Below the pieces are notes generated by a model. It did no database searches. It was not told the DNA's origin and saw nothing but the letters and a program-made list of their open reading frames with translations. Both the position numbers and the translations under genes were made by a program. From Thermodesulfobacteriota bacterium (GTDB taxonomy: Bacteria; Desulfobacterota; Desulfarculia; JACQYL01): a stretch of 64,000 bases of DNA. Position 1 is the first letter of the stretch. The number at the start of each line of letters is the position of its first letter. The DNA lies in contig CAXXLZ010000002.1 of the NCBI GenBank assembly GCA_963675595.2, positions 128,001 to 192,000 on the forward strand. Reading direction: 5' to 3'. Shown here piece by piece: positions 29,858 through 39,989 of the stretch.

Positions 29858-31002
29858 AGACCATGATTTCAAAACGCGCCCTCGACATTCCCCCCTTCAT
29901 CGTTATGGACGTCCTGGAACGCGCCCACGCCATGGAGCGGTCCGGCGTGGGCATCATCCATTTGGAGGTGGGCGAACCGGACTTCGACACACCGTCCTGC
30001 ATCAAGGCGGCGGCCTGTCGGGCTATGGACGACAATCACACGCACTATACCCACTCTCTCGGCCTGGTCGAGTTGCGTGAAGCCGTGGCGGAGTACTATT
30101 TCGATCATTACGGAGTCTCCTTCTCTCCGGAGCGGGTCCTCGTCACTTCCGGGACTTCTCCCGCCATGCTGCTGCTGTTTTCCGCGCTGCTCGAAGAAGG
30201 AGAGGAAGTCATCATCTCCAACCCGTATTACGCCTGCTATCCCAATTTCGTGAGATATCTCAAGGCGGAACCGGTTTTCGTCAATGTTTACGAGGAAGAC
30301 GGTTTTCAGTACCGGGTATCGGCCATCCGAGAGAAAATCACTCCGCGCTGCAAGGCCATTGTGGTCAATTCCCCGTCCAATCCCACAGGCAACCTGCTTT
30401 CTCGGGATCGCATGGAACGAATCACCGATCTGGGCCCCTGCGTGGTTTCCGATGAGATTTATCACGGGCTGGTATACGAAGGTAAGGAACATTCCATTCT
30501 GGAATTCACCGACGAGGCCTTCGTGCTTAACGGTTTCTCCAAGCTGTTCGCCATGACCGGCTGGCGTCTCGGGTACATCATCGCTCCGGAACGCTTCATA
30601 CGCCCCATGCAGAAGATGCAGCAGAATTTTTTCATTTCGGCCAACGCTTTCGTGCAGTGGGCCGGCATCGCCGCGCTTCGTGAGGCCGGCGAAGACGTGA
30701 AGCGAATGAAGGAGACGTTCAATCAAAGACGGGTCTTTATGATTTCCCGATTGCGCGAATTGGGCTTTGGAATCACCGTGGAACCCACGGGAGCTTTCTA
30801 TGTGCTGGCCAACGCCAAGCACCTGGACTCCGACTCCTATCGCCTCGCATTCGATATTCTGGAAAAAGCCCACGTAGGAGTCGCGCCGGGAATCGATTTC
30901 GGTTCCAACGCCGAAGGGTATCTGCGTTTCTGTTACGCCAATTCGTTGGAGAATATCCGGGAAGGCATGGACCGAATCGAGCGGTATCTGAAAGACCGAT
31001 AA
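29854..31002 (+). CDS. PLP-dependent class I/II aminotransferase
   Basis: [22 protein letters not shown]...TGWRLG. Confidence 0.9.
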   Translation: MKTMISKRALDIPPFIVMDVLERAHAMERSGVGIIHLEVGEPDFDTPSCIKAAACRAMDDNHTHYTHSLGLVELREAVAEYYFDHYGVSFSPERVLVTSGTSPAMLLLFSALLEEGEEVIISNPYYACYPNFVRYLKAEPVFVNVYEEDGFQYRVSAIREKITPRCKAIVVNSPSNPTGNLLSRDRMERITDLGPCVVSDEIYHGLVYEGKEHSILEFTDEAFVLNGFSKLFAMTGWRLGYIIAPERFIRPMQKMQQNFFISANAFVQWAGIAALREAGEDVKRMKETFNQRRVFMISRLRELGFGITVEPTGAFYVLANAKHLDSDSYRLAFDILEKAHVGVAPGIDFGSNAEGYLRFCYANSLENIREGMDRIERYLKDR

Positions 31003-31132
31003 GGGCCTGCGGCGACGGCGCTTTTTCAACGGACCGACAACATCGTCGCCGTAAAGGCTTCAGGCGACCCAACTCATCGAAAGGCGGGAGCAGGCCGCTG
31101 TCCATCAAAAACGCCGGTCGTCCCGAAACAGA

Positions 31133-31780
31133 GTGTCCGACTCCCGAATCGTCATCAAGTCCGCGGAGTTCCTGAAGAGCGCCGCGAACTTCCGGCACTG
31201 GCCGGAACACGCTCTGCCCGAAGCGGCCTTTGCGGGCCGTTCCAATGTGGGCAAGTCCTCCCTGATCAACTGCCTGCTCAACCGCAAGAAACTCGTGCGC
31301 ACCAGTTCCACTCCGGGTAGAACGCAACTCCTCAATTTCTTCACGGTCAACGACGCTCTTTGTTTCGTGGACCTTCCGGGATACGGCTTCGCCAAAGCGC
31401 CCGCAAAGGTAAGAGACGGTTGGAAGGTCATGGTGGAGGAATACCTGTCCGGCCGTCGGATACTGAAGACCGTGGTTTTGATTCTGGACATTCGACGGGA
31501 TCCAGGCCCCGAAGACCTCTCTCTCCTGAAGAAACTCCGTGACTTGGAACTCGAAGTCATCCCGGTGGCCACCAAGATGGACAAGCTGAAAAGAAGCGCG
31601 CGCGCCTCCCGCCTCAAGGAGCTGCAGAGCGGCCTCAACAACCTGGCCCCACGTCCCATTCCGTTTTCCGCCGAGACCAGAGAAGGCAAAGAGCTCGTAT
31701 GGAAGGCCCTGCTTCAGTGCCTGGAGCCCGGCTCCCGGGAATCATCCTCGTCCGACGCGGATCCCGAACCCCAGGCATGA
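31133..31780 (+). CDS. engB: Ribosome biogenesis GTPase YihA/EngB
   Basis: GRSNVGKSS, TPGRT, DLPGYG, TKMD. Confidence 0.95.
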   Translation: MSDSRIVIKSAEFLKSAANFRHWPEHALPEAAFAGRSNVGKSSLINCLLNRKKLVRTSSTPGRTQLLNFFTVNDALCFVDLPGYGFAKAPAKVRDGWKVMVEEYLSGRRILKTVVLILDIRRDPGPEDLSLLKKLRDLELEVIPVATKMDKLKRSARASRLKELQSGLNNLAPRPIPFSAETREGKELVWKALLQCLEPGSRESSSSDADPEPQA

Positions 31781-32011
31781 AAACGGCGAGCGACCGCTCT
31801 CGACAATGCGAATGCGTTGGACTTTTTGCGAGATTTCCGGCAAGATTTTAGGTTGAATGGCGGATGAAGTAACGCAACGGTTGGATGCCGTGATGACGGC
31901 TCTTCCGAGCGGTTCAGGGGCTCCGGGAGTGTTCAAAGGCACACCGCCCCTTCCACGTCCGCCCCACCACACCCGGCGGCATTTTTTCGCCTCAAAGCGG
32001 AAGGAGGGACC

Positions 32012-32671
32012 ATGAAAACGGACCCCCCCAAGTATCTCAAGGACCTCGAGGCGGGAATCCTCGAGATGGCCACCACCGCGGAAGAAGCTCTTCGTGATTC
32101 CCTCACCGCGCTCCTGCAACGCGATGCCGAACTGGCCGCCCAAGTCGCCCGCAACGACAAGCGGATCAACGACATGGACGAAAAGATTCAGGCCGATTGT
32201 CTGAACCTTTTGGCTCTGCGGCAACCCATGGCCGCGGACTTGCGCTACGTAACTTCGGTCATGCGCATCTCTTCGGACCTGGAACGGGTCGGTGATATGG
32301 CCAAGAACATCGCCAAGAAGGCCATTGCCCTGAGCGCTCGGCCTCCGCTCCCTTTCCGCGTGGACATCGAGTCCCTCGGAGACATTGCCGCCACCATGTT
32401 GCGAGACAGCATCACCGCCTTTATCAATCGAGATACGACAACGGCCCGGGAAATATGTCGACGCGACGACCAAGCGGACGCCTTGGCCCGTGAAATCATC
32501 CGCGACCTGCTCGACCACATGGTGCGCGACACCCCGGCCGTACATCGAGCGCTCGACTATATTTTCATCGACCGACATTTGGAGCGCGTGGCGGACTACG
32601 CCACCAATATCTGCGAATCCACCATCCTTTATGCCGAGGGGCGCAACATCAAGCACCACGCCGTGGCCTGA
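32012..32671 (+). CDS. phoU: Phosphate signaling complex protein PhoU
   Basis: QPMAADLR, DLERVGD, LERVADYATNICE. Confidence 0.93.
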   Translation: MKTDPPKYLKDLEAGILEMATTAEEALRDSLTALLQRDAELAAQVARNDKRINDMDEKIQADCLNLLALRQPMAADLRYVTSVMRISSDLERVGDMAKNIAKKAIALSARPPLPFRVDIESLGDIAATMLRDSITAFINRDTTTAREICRRDDQADALAREIIRDLLDHMVRDTPAVHRALDYIFIDRHLERVADYATNICESTILYAEGRNIKHHAVA

Positions 32672-32836
32672 TCCGCGCACCCGACGACCGAATCCCCGTC
32701 CCTCGCCCTGTGGGACGGCTGATGCACGCCGTTCGGAAACGATGCCCTGCAAGGCGCGCAAACCTCGACGCAGGAGACGCACATCATGGTACGTCGCAGC
32801 GCCGAGGGAATAAGGGCAACGCCGCCCATCGGGCTT

Positions 32837-33271
32837 CTACGCGTGTGAATTCGCCCAGTCTACAATGGCCTGTGCGGACAATGCCCCGGAAACCCTGGCC
32901 TTCTCCCTGCCGTTCTCGAAAAGGACCATGGTGGGAATGGACATGATTCCGTACTTTCCCCCAAGTCCCTGTTCCTCTTCCGTATTCACCTTGGCGAAAA
33001 GCACCCGAGTCCCCAACGTATGAGCCGCCTGCTCAAAAGCCGGCGCCATCATCTTGCAGGGTCCGCACCACGGAGCCCAGAAATCCACCAACACCGGCAG
33101 GTCGTTCCTGCCCACGTACTTGTCGAACCCGCCTTCTTTCAAAGCCACGGGTTTGCCTGTGACGATGCGGCCGTGACATTTACCGCAGGAGGGCCCTTCC
33201 GCGATTCTCTTCGACGGCAGCCGGTTTACCGCTCCACATTGAGCACAAACAACGTGAATCGACTGATCCAT
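32837..33271 (-). CDS. trxC: Thioredoxin 2 (Zn-finger thioredoxin)
   Basis: CAQC...CGKC plus WCGPC; AAGGAGG RBS. Confidence 0.92.
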   Translation of the reverse strand: MDQSIHVVCAQCGAVNRLPSKRIAEGPSCGKCHGRIVTGKPVALKEGGFDKYVGRNDLPVLVDFWAPWCGPCKMMAPAFEQAAHTLGTRVLFAKVNTEEEQGLGGKYGIMSIPTMVLFENGREKARVSGALSAQAIVDWANSHA

Positions 33272-33678
33272 GAAACCTCCTTTTTTCGGCGATGGAAACC
33301 CTGAAAGCAATCGTTACCCATAAGATACGTCCGGTCCTTCGCGATGCAAGACACCGGGACGGCTATTGCATGAGCCGGATCGTACCGGAATTCACGGCCA
33401 AGCCTGCCGCAACCGGGTTCCCTCTCCTGTTCCCGGACTCTTTGAGATTCTCATTCCCAGGGCACCGGAGGGAATAGCGTTCCCACGGCGACCCTATGAA
33501 TAAATACGCTAAGCCTGCGGGGTGAAAACCAAAGCCGACCCAGAGAAGGAAAGCGTACGGATCTCTTGACGAATGCGGAAGGGACGATAGGACGTGGGTT
33601 GTCGTGGGTTCAAGGAGAAAACGGGCAAAGGAAGCGTGCCTCGCTCTTAAGGGCCGCAAGGGCGTTGTCGGACCCGTA

Positions 33679-34566
33679 CTACACGTTCAGACGCGCTCCG
33701 TCCAGGTACATCAGGCTTCGGCCGACCCGTCGGATGTTGTGAAATCCTTCCTTCAACATCACGACCCGTTCCAAGCCGATGCCCAGTCCGGCCCAGGAAT
33801 CCGCGATGTTCCAATTGGCGTCCAGGGGATGCGGTCCCACGGCGCCCGACGCGATTTCCACCCCGTCCGCCAGGATGTCGGTGGTATCCCCGTAGACTTC
33901 GGATTTCTCCGTCTCCAGGCGGTAGGGGAGCCCGATGACTTCCATGATTCCGTGTGCCAACACCTCGAGTCGGGCCTGCGAATCCCCCTCCATGCCCATT
34001 TCCACCAAGTTCAGCATGGTGAACTCGGAAAGATGCCTGGAGCCTTTGGATTCCTTACGGAAACAACTGCCGATCTCGAACATGCGGACGGGAAACGACC
34101 AAGTCCTGGTCACATGCCCCATCAAATGATAAAGATTGGGAGCCAACATGGGACGAAGGCAGGTTTTTCGATCGATCCAATACACTTGTTCAAGCAAAGG
34201 GTGTCCCTCCCCGATGCCCATTTTCGTGAGCATTCCCCGGGCGAGCGTGGTGGGAGTACTCACTTCGACGAAGCCTTTCCCGGTGAGCCAAGCGACCAGA
34301 TTCCACTCCAGCACTCGGAGGGAGGGTCTGAGTTTTTCCTGCTGAAGCCGCGTCAATCTTTCCCGCGTGCTCTCGACCAACTCTCGCTCCAGCGTGCGAA
34401 AAGCCGCGTCCCGGTCTTTTTCCGAGGCATATTCGGATCGGGTGGCGGTTTCTTCTATATCCAACTCAATGAGTCGCTGCTTCTGCGTGGCGGTAAATTC
34501 CAAAGTCGATTCTTCTCCATGTGGGACGGTGGAAAGACATTGGCTGCCGTGGGTGGTCCGTTCCAT
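33679..34566 (-). CDS. pylSc: Pyrrolysine--tRNA ligase catalytic subunit PylSc (alternative TTG start at 34503)
   Basis: FTATQKQRLIEL, CLRPMLAPNLY, FEIGSCFRKES, EFTMLNLVEMG, YGDTTD, WAGLGIGLER, RSLMYLDG. Confidence 0.93.
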   Translation of the reverse strand: MERTTHGSQCLSTVPHGEESTLEFTATQKQRLIELDIEETATRSEYASEKDRDAAFRTLERELVESTRERLTRLQQEKLRPSLRVLEWNLVAWLTGKGFVEVSTPTTLARGMLTKMGIGEGHPLLEQVYWIDRKTCLRPMLAPNLYHLMGHVTRTWSFPVRMFEIGSCFRKESKGSRHLSEFTMLNLVEMGMEGDSQARLEVLAHGIMEVIGLPYRLETEKSEVYGDTTDILADGVEIASGAVGPHPLDANWNIADSWAGLGIGLERVVMLKEGFHNIRRVGRSLMYLDGARLNV

Positions 34567-34650
34567 GCCACTCCTGAGCAGGAAACGACAAGCCGGCGAA
34601 TCATTGGAGGGAACTCCGATCCGGCAGCCCGTCGAAAAACGATGAGCTGC

Positions 34651-36831
34651 TTAAAAACGCTCCTCCAAATCCACCATGACCGTGGTGGCTCCCTCATGGT
34701 GGCGAACCTCACCGGCCAATTCCCGCTCGACCAGATCGTGACCTCGCTCCTCCCACCAGGCTTGCGCGTCCTTACGAGTCCAGGACCCCGCGTCACGGCA
34801 GCTCGACAACCGATCCTTCAGCTCTTCCGTGTTCTGCGGACGCTTGTCCGGGTCTTTCTCCAGACAGGCCATCACCAAGTCTTCCAGGTCTTCGGACAGC
34901 GGGCGGCCCAGCTTTTCGGAAGGCCGTTGCGGCGGATCATGGACCTGTTTCCGACAAATCTCAATGGAGTCCCCGCCCTCGAAAACGTCCCTGCCCGCCA
35001 ACAAAAAATAGGCCACCGCGCCCAAGGAGTAAAGATCGCTGCGCCCGTCGATCTCCCCCGGAGTGACGATGGCTTCCGGTGCTAGGTACTTGGGCGTGCC
35101 GGCGGCGAATTTGGGTCCCGGGCCCGGAGTCTTGATCGCGAACTTCACCAGGCCGAAATCGCACACTTTGACCATGTCGAAGTCACCGCCCCGCTCATAG
35201 ATGATGATGTTCTCCGGTTTGATGTCCCGATGAATCATGCCCGTTGCATGGGCCTCGTTCAGCGACGCGCAAACCTGGAGGACGATGTGGATGACCCGGC
35301 CTTCCGGCAGGGGTCCGCAGGCCTCCACCAGGGTGTGAAGATTGACGCCGGGCAGGTACTCCATCACGTAATAGAACACCCCTTCGGGGGTGCGGCCATA
35401 GTCGAAAATTCGAATGGTGTTCAGATGCGTGAGCTGGCTCGTGAGCTGAACTTCACGCTCAAACCTTGTGATGGCCTCCTCGTTGGTCCGCTCAGGTCGC
35501 AACAGCTTGATGGCACAGGGTCTCCTCAACATGGCGTGTCGGGCTTTCCACACGGCCCCCGCCCCCCCCACTCCGAGCTTCCGTTCGAGGGTATACTGAC
35601 CCAGCTTTTCGGCCCGCTTCTCGGCGTGGAGCATACGCCTGCGCTGAGAAGAAATGATCCGGGTGGCGAGCACGGTGGACACGGCGGTGAGCAACAGCAA
35701 TCCGAAGAGAATACCGAACGTATACCGCAGAAGCATCAAGGGCCGGAAGGCCTCTTCCGCATCCTCTTCCGTGGCCACACCGAAGCCGTATTCGGGCAAC
35801 CAGGTCCATGCCCCGAGGACCGGCACGCCGCGATAGTCGCGGTACCCCTCGACATCCACACCGCTTTTCCCTTGCGCGACCTCCGCGGCCATTTTGGTCA
35901 GGGGCTGCTGGTCCCGCGGGATGGGTTTGAACCCCTCGACCATGTTGCCGCGCGGATTCTTGATGACCACGTTGAGGATGGCCTGCACGTGGGGCTTGTC
36001 GGGAAGCAGTCCGATGCGCTTGAGATGTTCGTCGAACCGACTCTGGGAGATCATCAACCCGTGCGCGTCCAAAGCGTAGGTTTCCCCGCTCTTGCCGGGG
36101 CGGGCCACACTCAGAATTCCGGTAAATTCACGGCTGGGCCGGATTCTCAAACCAAGCACCGCCGCGACTCCGCCCCCTCCGTCTCGCACCGGGGTCGCCG
36201 CGAACATGGTAGGCGCGTGAGGATGCATGACGCCGTGATCATCCGCCAGCGGCAGCGGCGAGCGATAAGGTCGACTGACCACCGTCTTTCCCGCCAAGGC
36301 CCGTTTCACGAAATCGGAAGCGTCGTAGGCGGTCTTCAAGCCGAGATACCGATCGTCCAGAGCCCCCACATTCACGCCCTGGGGATCGATGACCAGAAAA
36401 TCCACATATCCCTGGGCCCTGCACAAGGGTCCCAAGACCCCTCGGATTCTTTCCAGCGCATTGGAGCCCGCGCTTCCAAATACCGGGCGATTGCTCGGAC
36501 TTCCGTAGCGGACGAGCTCCAGGATGTTCCTGCGGACCTCCGGTTCGGCGGCCACGGACTCCACGGTGCTCTCCTGCTTTTCCAGCCAGATCTTCAGCGC
36601 GGTGACGTCCGCATTCAAAATGGTTTCCAGCTTGGAGGCCAGCACGTCCTTCATGGCCCGCTCCACCGTGGCGTGACTCAAATACCCCACTACCGCCAGA
36701 ATCACGGTCATGGCCACGGGAAAGACCCACCGCATCATGGACGGCACGGCTGCGGGCTCAGGGGCGCTGTAGCGCACCACTACCTTGGATTCGGTTCGAT
36801 TCGCGTCGGTTGTTCGGTCTTCATCGGTCAC
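34651..36831 (-). CDS. Membrane Hanks-type Ser/Thr kinase with extracytoplasmic Cache-like sensor
   Basis: Two TM helices flank the sensor (YRDYRGVPVLG); GVGGAG, AIK, HRDIKPEN, DFG, GTPKYLAPE. Confidence 0.9.
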   Translation of the reverse strand: MTDEDRTTDANRTESKVVVRYSAPEPAAVPSMMRWVFPVAMTVILAVVGYLSHATVERAMKDVLASKLETILNADVTALKIWLEKQESTVESVAAEPEVRRNILELVRYGSPSNRPVFGSAGSNALERIRGVLGPLCRAQGYVDFLVIDPQGVNVGALDDRYLGLKTAYDASDFVKRALAGKTVVSRPYRSPLPLADDHGVMHPHAPTMFAATPVRDGGGGVAAVLGLRIRPSREFTGILSVARPGKSGETYALDAHGLMISQSRFDEHLKRIGLLPDKPHVQAILNVVIKNPRGNMVEGFKPIPRDQQPLTKMAAEVAQGKSGVDVEGYRDYRGVPVLGAWTWLPEYGFGVATEEDAEEAFRPLMLLRYTFGILFGLLLLTAVSTVLATRIISSQRRRMLHAEKRAEKLGQYTLERKLGVGGAGAVWKARHAMLRRPCAIKLLRPERTNEEAITRFEREVQLTSQLTHLNTIRIFDYGRTPEGVFYYVMEYLPGVNLHTLVEACGPLPEGRVIHIVLQVCASLNEAHATGMIHRDIKPENIIIYERGGDFDMVKVCDFGLVKFAIKTPGPGPKFAAGTPKYLAPEAIVTPGEIDGRSDLYSLGAVAYFLLAGRDVFEGGDSIEICRKQVHDPPQRPSEKLGRPLSEDLEDLVMACLEKDPDKRPQNTEELKDRLSSCRDAGSWTRKDAQAWWEERGHDLVERELAGEVRHHEGATTVMVDLEERF

Positions 36832-37077
36832 GGCTTCTCATCCCTTTTGAAGCGCCGGCGACTTCGGTTGCCCAACGATTTGGCCTGTCGGGGATTCCGG
36901 TTTCGGCAGACCACCGGACTTGAGGAGATCCCGGGAACGCGCTCGGCAGGATCCGGGACGCTGCTTTTCGAGCTTTACGAGTGCATAGGTTTAAAGTCTA
37001 ACCGAGGCCGACCGTTGCCATCAAGAACAACCGTTCGATCCCCTCGTTCAAGTAAATGCGCGTGACCACCATGCCGA

Positions 37078-37113
37078 CAAAAAAGCCCCCGCGGCTCGAA
37101 ACACCGCGAGGGC
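37078..37113 (-). terminator. Intrinsic terminator after amt and its partner gene
   Basis: GC hairpin followed on the minus strand by a T-run. Confidence 0.55.
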
Positions 37114-37143
37114 GAGATGGGTGCTGCGAAATGAGATCAGCCT

Positions 37144-37383
37144 TTATTTTCCGCCCACCTTGGTCCGGTCGATGAGAATCGACGTAAGAGATTCCCGATC
37201 GCCGTAGGTTTCCGTGTCTTCCCTGTAGGCTTCGTTCTCCATCTTCGTCTGCCAGATATGCCAGATGATCCAGAAGGCCACCCCGATTATGACCAAGAAG
37301 ACTTCCGATCCGACAAAGGGATACATGGGACCGATATCGGTGATATTGCCCGTCCAGTTTTGAATCAAACCCGTTGTCATCAT
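37144..37383 (-). CDS. Small single-TM protein downstream of Amt
   Basis: AAGGAGG RBS; YPFVGSE followed by a TM helix ending WIIWHIWQ. Confidence 0.75.
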   Translation of the reverse strand: MMTTGLIQNWTGNITDIGPMYPFVGSEVFLVIIGVAFWIIWHIWQTKMENEAYREDTETYGDRESLTSILIDRTKVGGK

Positions 37384-37397
37384 TTCCTCCTTCGACG

Positions 37398-38801
37398 CTA
37401 TTTGACTAGTCCGGCCGCCCTGGCTTCTTCCAACTCGGCCTGTGCCACGTCTTCCTCACTGAGATACCGGCCGTGATATTCGGCGATGTCCAGACCCATG
37501 AGCTCTACCCGCTCGGGAATTCGCAGCATGCCCAACGCCTTGAAAATGCGGGCCAGAACCCATCCCGGTATGAAGCCCAGGACGAAAAACATGATCACCG
37601 CGCCGACGAAGTTGCCCAAGGGGTTAATATGGGCGAATTCGGGATTCGGGGAAGAGGGGTAGCCCCACAGCATGAACCCGGCCACGACCACGCCGAAGAA
37701 ACCGGTATACCCGTGCACCGCTACGGCTCCCACCGCGTCGTCGAGTTTGAATTTGCGCTCGACCCAGTAATGCATTTTGTAAGCGAAGACAACGCCTATG
37801 GCCCCGATCAACATGGCTTGAATGGGATGATACAGGTCATTGCCGGCGGAAGCCGCGATGATTCCGGCGAGGCCGCCCGAATAGGTCCAGAACGCGTCGC
37901 CTTTGGAAACGATGTACGCGGACATCAAACCGCCGGAAAAGGACATGATAAAGTTAAAGGTGATGGCCGAGAGGGTTGTGGGCGCCAAATAAATGTTGGT
38001 CGCCGAATAGAAGACTCCGTCCCCTGCTTGAATGTCCCACATGGGGATGTTGCACGCGGCATAGAAGCCCCAGAAACCCACAAAGATGATAAAGAGCCCG
38101 ATGGTCACCAACCAGGGGTTGTGGGGAACGATGTCCCGAGGCGTGCCGTCCGCTTTGAATTTTCCGATGCGGGGCCCCAAATTAAGCAAAACCCCCAAAG
38201 CGAATCCGCCCGCGATGGCGTGAATCACTCCGGATGCGTAGGCGTCGTGATAGCCCAGTAGCCGTACCATCCATCCTTCCGGATGCCAGCCCCACGCCGC
38301 GTCGATGATCCACAAGACGGAACCCAGCAACATCGCCAGAATCCAGAAGGCGGAGGAGCGAATGCGCTCAATGGCCGCGCCTGAAACAATGGAAGCCGCC
38401 GTCCAAGAAAAGAGCAGGAACGCCGCCCAGAAGACGCCGTTCAACCTGGACCATGCCATGGTATCGTCGGCGGTCAGCGCGGCTGATACGGGGTTGCCGC
38501 CCATGTGCGTGCCCATGAGCTCGCTCCAAGGTGTGGCAAATGGAGCGGCGACCAATCCGCCTGTTATGCCCGGCCCATTGGGCAGGGCGAAATAGAGCCA
38601 CCACCCGAAAAAGAAAAAGCTTACCGATACGACGGGAATACACATCGTATTCTTCATCAGTGTGTGCATCATGTTCTTCTGCCGGGATGCGGCGACCTCG
38701 TACACACAGAACCCCACGTGGATCAGGAACATGAAGACCACCATGGTCCAGTAGTAATACTCCGTGAACAATACGGTCAACGCACCGATTTCAGTATCCA
38801 T
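37398..38801 (-). CDS. amt: Ammonium/methylammonium transporter (Amt family)
   Basis: SGAAIER, twin His (GVIH, AVHG), LGPRIGKF, DDAVGA. Confidence 0.9.
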   Translation of the reverse strand: MDTEIGALTVLFTEYYYWTMVVFMFLIHVGFCVYEVAASRQKNMMHTLMKNTMCIPVVSVSFFFFGWWLYFALPNGPGITGGLVAAPFATPWSELMGTHMGGNPVSAALTADDTMAWSRLNGVFWAAFLLFSWTAASIVSGAAIERIRSSAFWILAMLLGSVLWIIDAAWGWHPEGWMVRLLGYHDAYASGVIHAIAGGFALGVLLNLGPRIGKFKADGTPRDIVPHNPWLVTIGLFIIFVGFWGFYAACNIPMWDIQAGDGVFYSATNIYLAPTTLSAITFNFIMSFSGGLMSAYIVSKGDAFWTYSGGLAGIIAASAGNDLYHPIQAMLIGAIGVVFAYKMHYWVERKFKLDDAVGAVAVHGYTGFFGVVVAGFMLWGYPSSPNPEFAHINPLGNFVGAVIMFFVLGFIPGWVLARIFKALGMLRIPERVELMGLDIAEYHGRYLSEEDVAQAELEEARAAGLVK

Positions 38802-39142
38802 CTACTCCTCCTTCTTACGGTTAAACTGCCAAACACTCGCCGACCAACCTCCTTTCCTTCGATTTCCAGAGCATCACGCCAGGTCGGACCACTCCCCGCC
38901 GGCCGCGACGCGGACAACCACAAGGTTTGTTCGCTTGATCCTGTTTGGGAAAAGCTGGGGATCTTCTTGATTTCATTGTGTATGGCGAAACAAGAGCCCC
39001 CCTAAGAGGGGTTTAAGTATAAGTGGGCGATATAAGCTCGTCAACACACAAACCTAATATTTTCAACGTATTAGCTTACATTAAAGAAATAGGCGCAACT
39101 TAATACTCAATTAAAACTCCCCCCAAAATAGGGTGGCCCGCG

Positions 39143-39424
39143 TCACTTTCGCTTCAACAGGTCCAGCTCCACCTTGAGCTCCCCGATCTGTCGGTATAAC
39201 TCGGCTCGGAGTTCCTCGGACTCCTTCGCCGAACTCTTATTCTTCTTCATGAAAAGCTGAGGAAGCTCGGACAAGAGACGATTCTTCCACTGCCGTACCT
39301 GATTCGGATGAATCCGGTACTCTTCAGCCAGTTGGCTCGCCGTTTTGGCCCCTCTAACGGCTTCCAAGGCCACTCTCGCCTTGAATTTCGCCTCGTAGGT
39401 CTTCCGAGTGCGACCGGAGTCCAT
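39143..39424 (-). CDS. Solo IS3-family OrfA-like HTH protein
   Basis: FKARVALEAVRG...IHPNQVRQWK...LYRQIGELKVE; AAAGGAG RBS; no OrfB. Confidence 0.75.
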   Translation of the reverse strand: MDSGRTRKTYEAKFKARVALEAVRGAKTASQLAEEYRIHPNQVRQWKNRLLSELPQLFMKKNKSSAKESEELRAELYRQIGELKVELDLLKRK

Positions 39425-39500
39425 CGGTCTCCTTTCGTCCGGTTTCTCCGATCCGTGTAACCGGAGAATTGCCTGGGAAACAAAGTGCCAAAAGGTGAAT

Positions 39501-39515
39501 TCAAGTCTCGTGCCA
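39501..39515 (-). promoter_or_regulatory. Putative sigma-54 (-24/-12) promoter
   Basis: Minus strand TGGCAC-GAGAC-TTGA, 76 nt upstream of ATG 39424. Confidence 0.5.
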
Positions 39516-39989
39516 ACCCGTCGCCTTGCGCACAACACAAAAGCAAATAGTGGAACTTATTAGATAATATTCCCCGGCATCGAGCGTCTCACATGCCTCG
39601 ATGCCGACCGAAAGAACTACGATGATGTAGGGGAGTTGAGTGGTGGACAACCTCGCACGCCTTCCCGGGAAACCGAGCCCACCGGCAGCCTCTCTCTACC
39701 GGAAGGGTGGAACCATCCCCCCATGGATGTTTCAACGGGCCGGGGAAGAAGAATTGTCCTACGGGTTTCGCACCCAAGCGGTATGGGACCCGACAAAAAA
39801 ACAAAATCATACCTGTGGGTAGGATTACGACACACGACCTACCCGAAGGTCGGGCTGGAAAAGAATGAAGAACAGGCTTGACGGAAGTAGGAGCACTGGA
39901 ACGAAAGAGACGATGAGGCGCGTTTCGAGGTTACTGCAAAGCTTGGAGGAACACTGCGGAAACCCGCACCGAGCCGGGAGCCGGTTCCC

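Noticed and set aside
31742-32836. Amber read-through of trxC into a long downstream ORF
   Set aside because: The extension is the antisense shadow of phoU.
33280-33678. tRNA-Pyl, 6S RNA or other ncRNA downstream of pylSc
   Set aside because: No CUA-anticodon cloverleaf; only partial pairings. The CTCTAAA hits I noticed elsewhere (about 53023, 53684 and the IS ends) are not tRNA-like.
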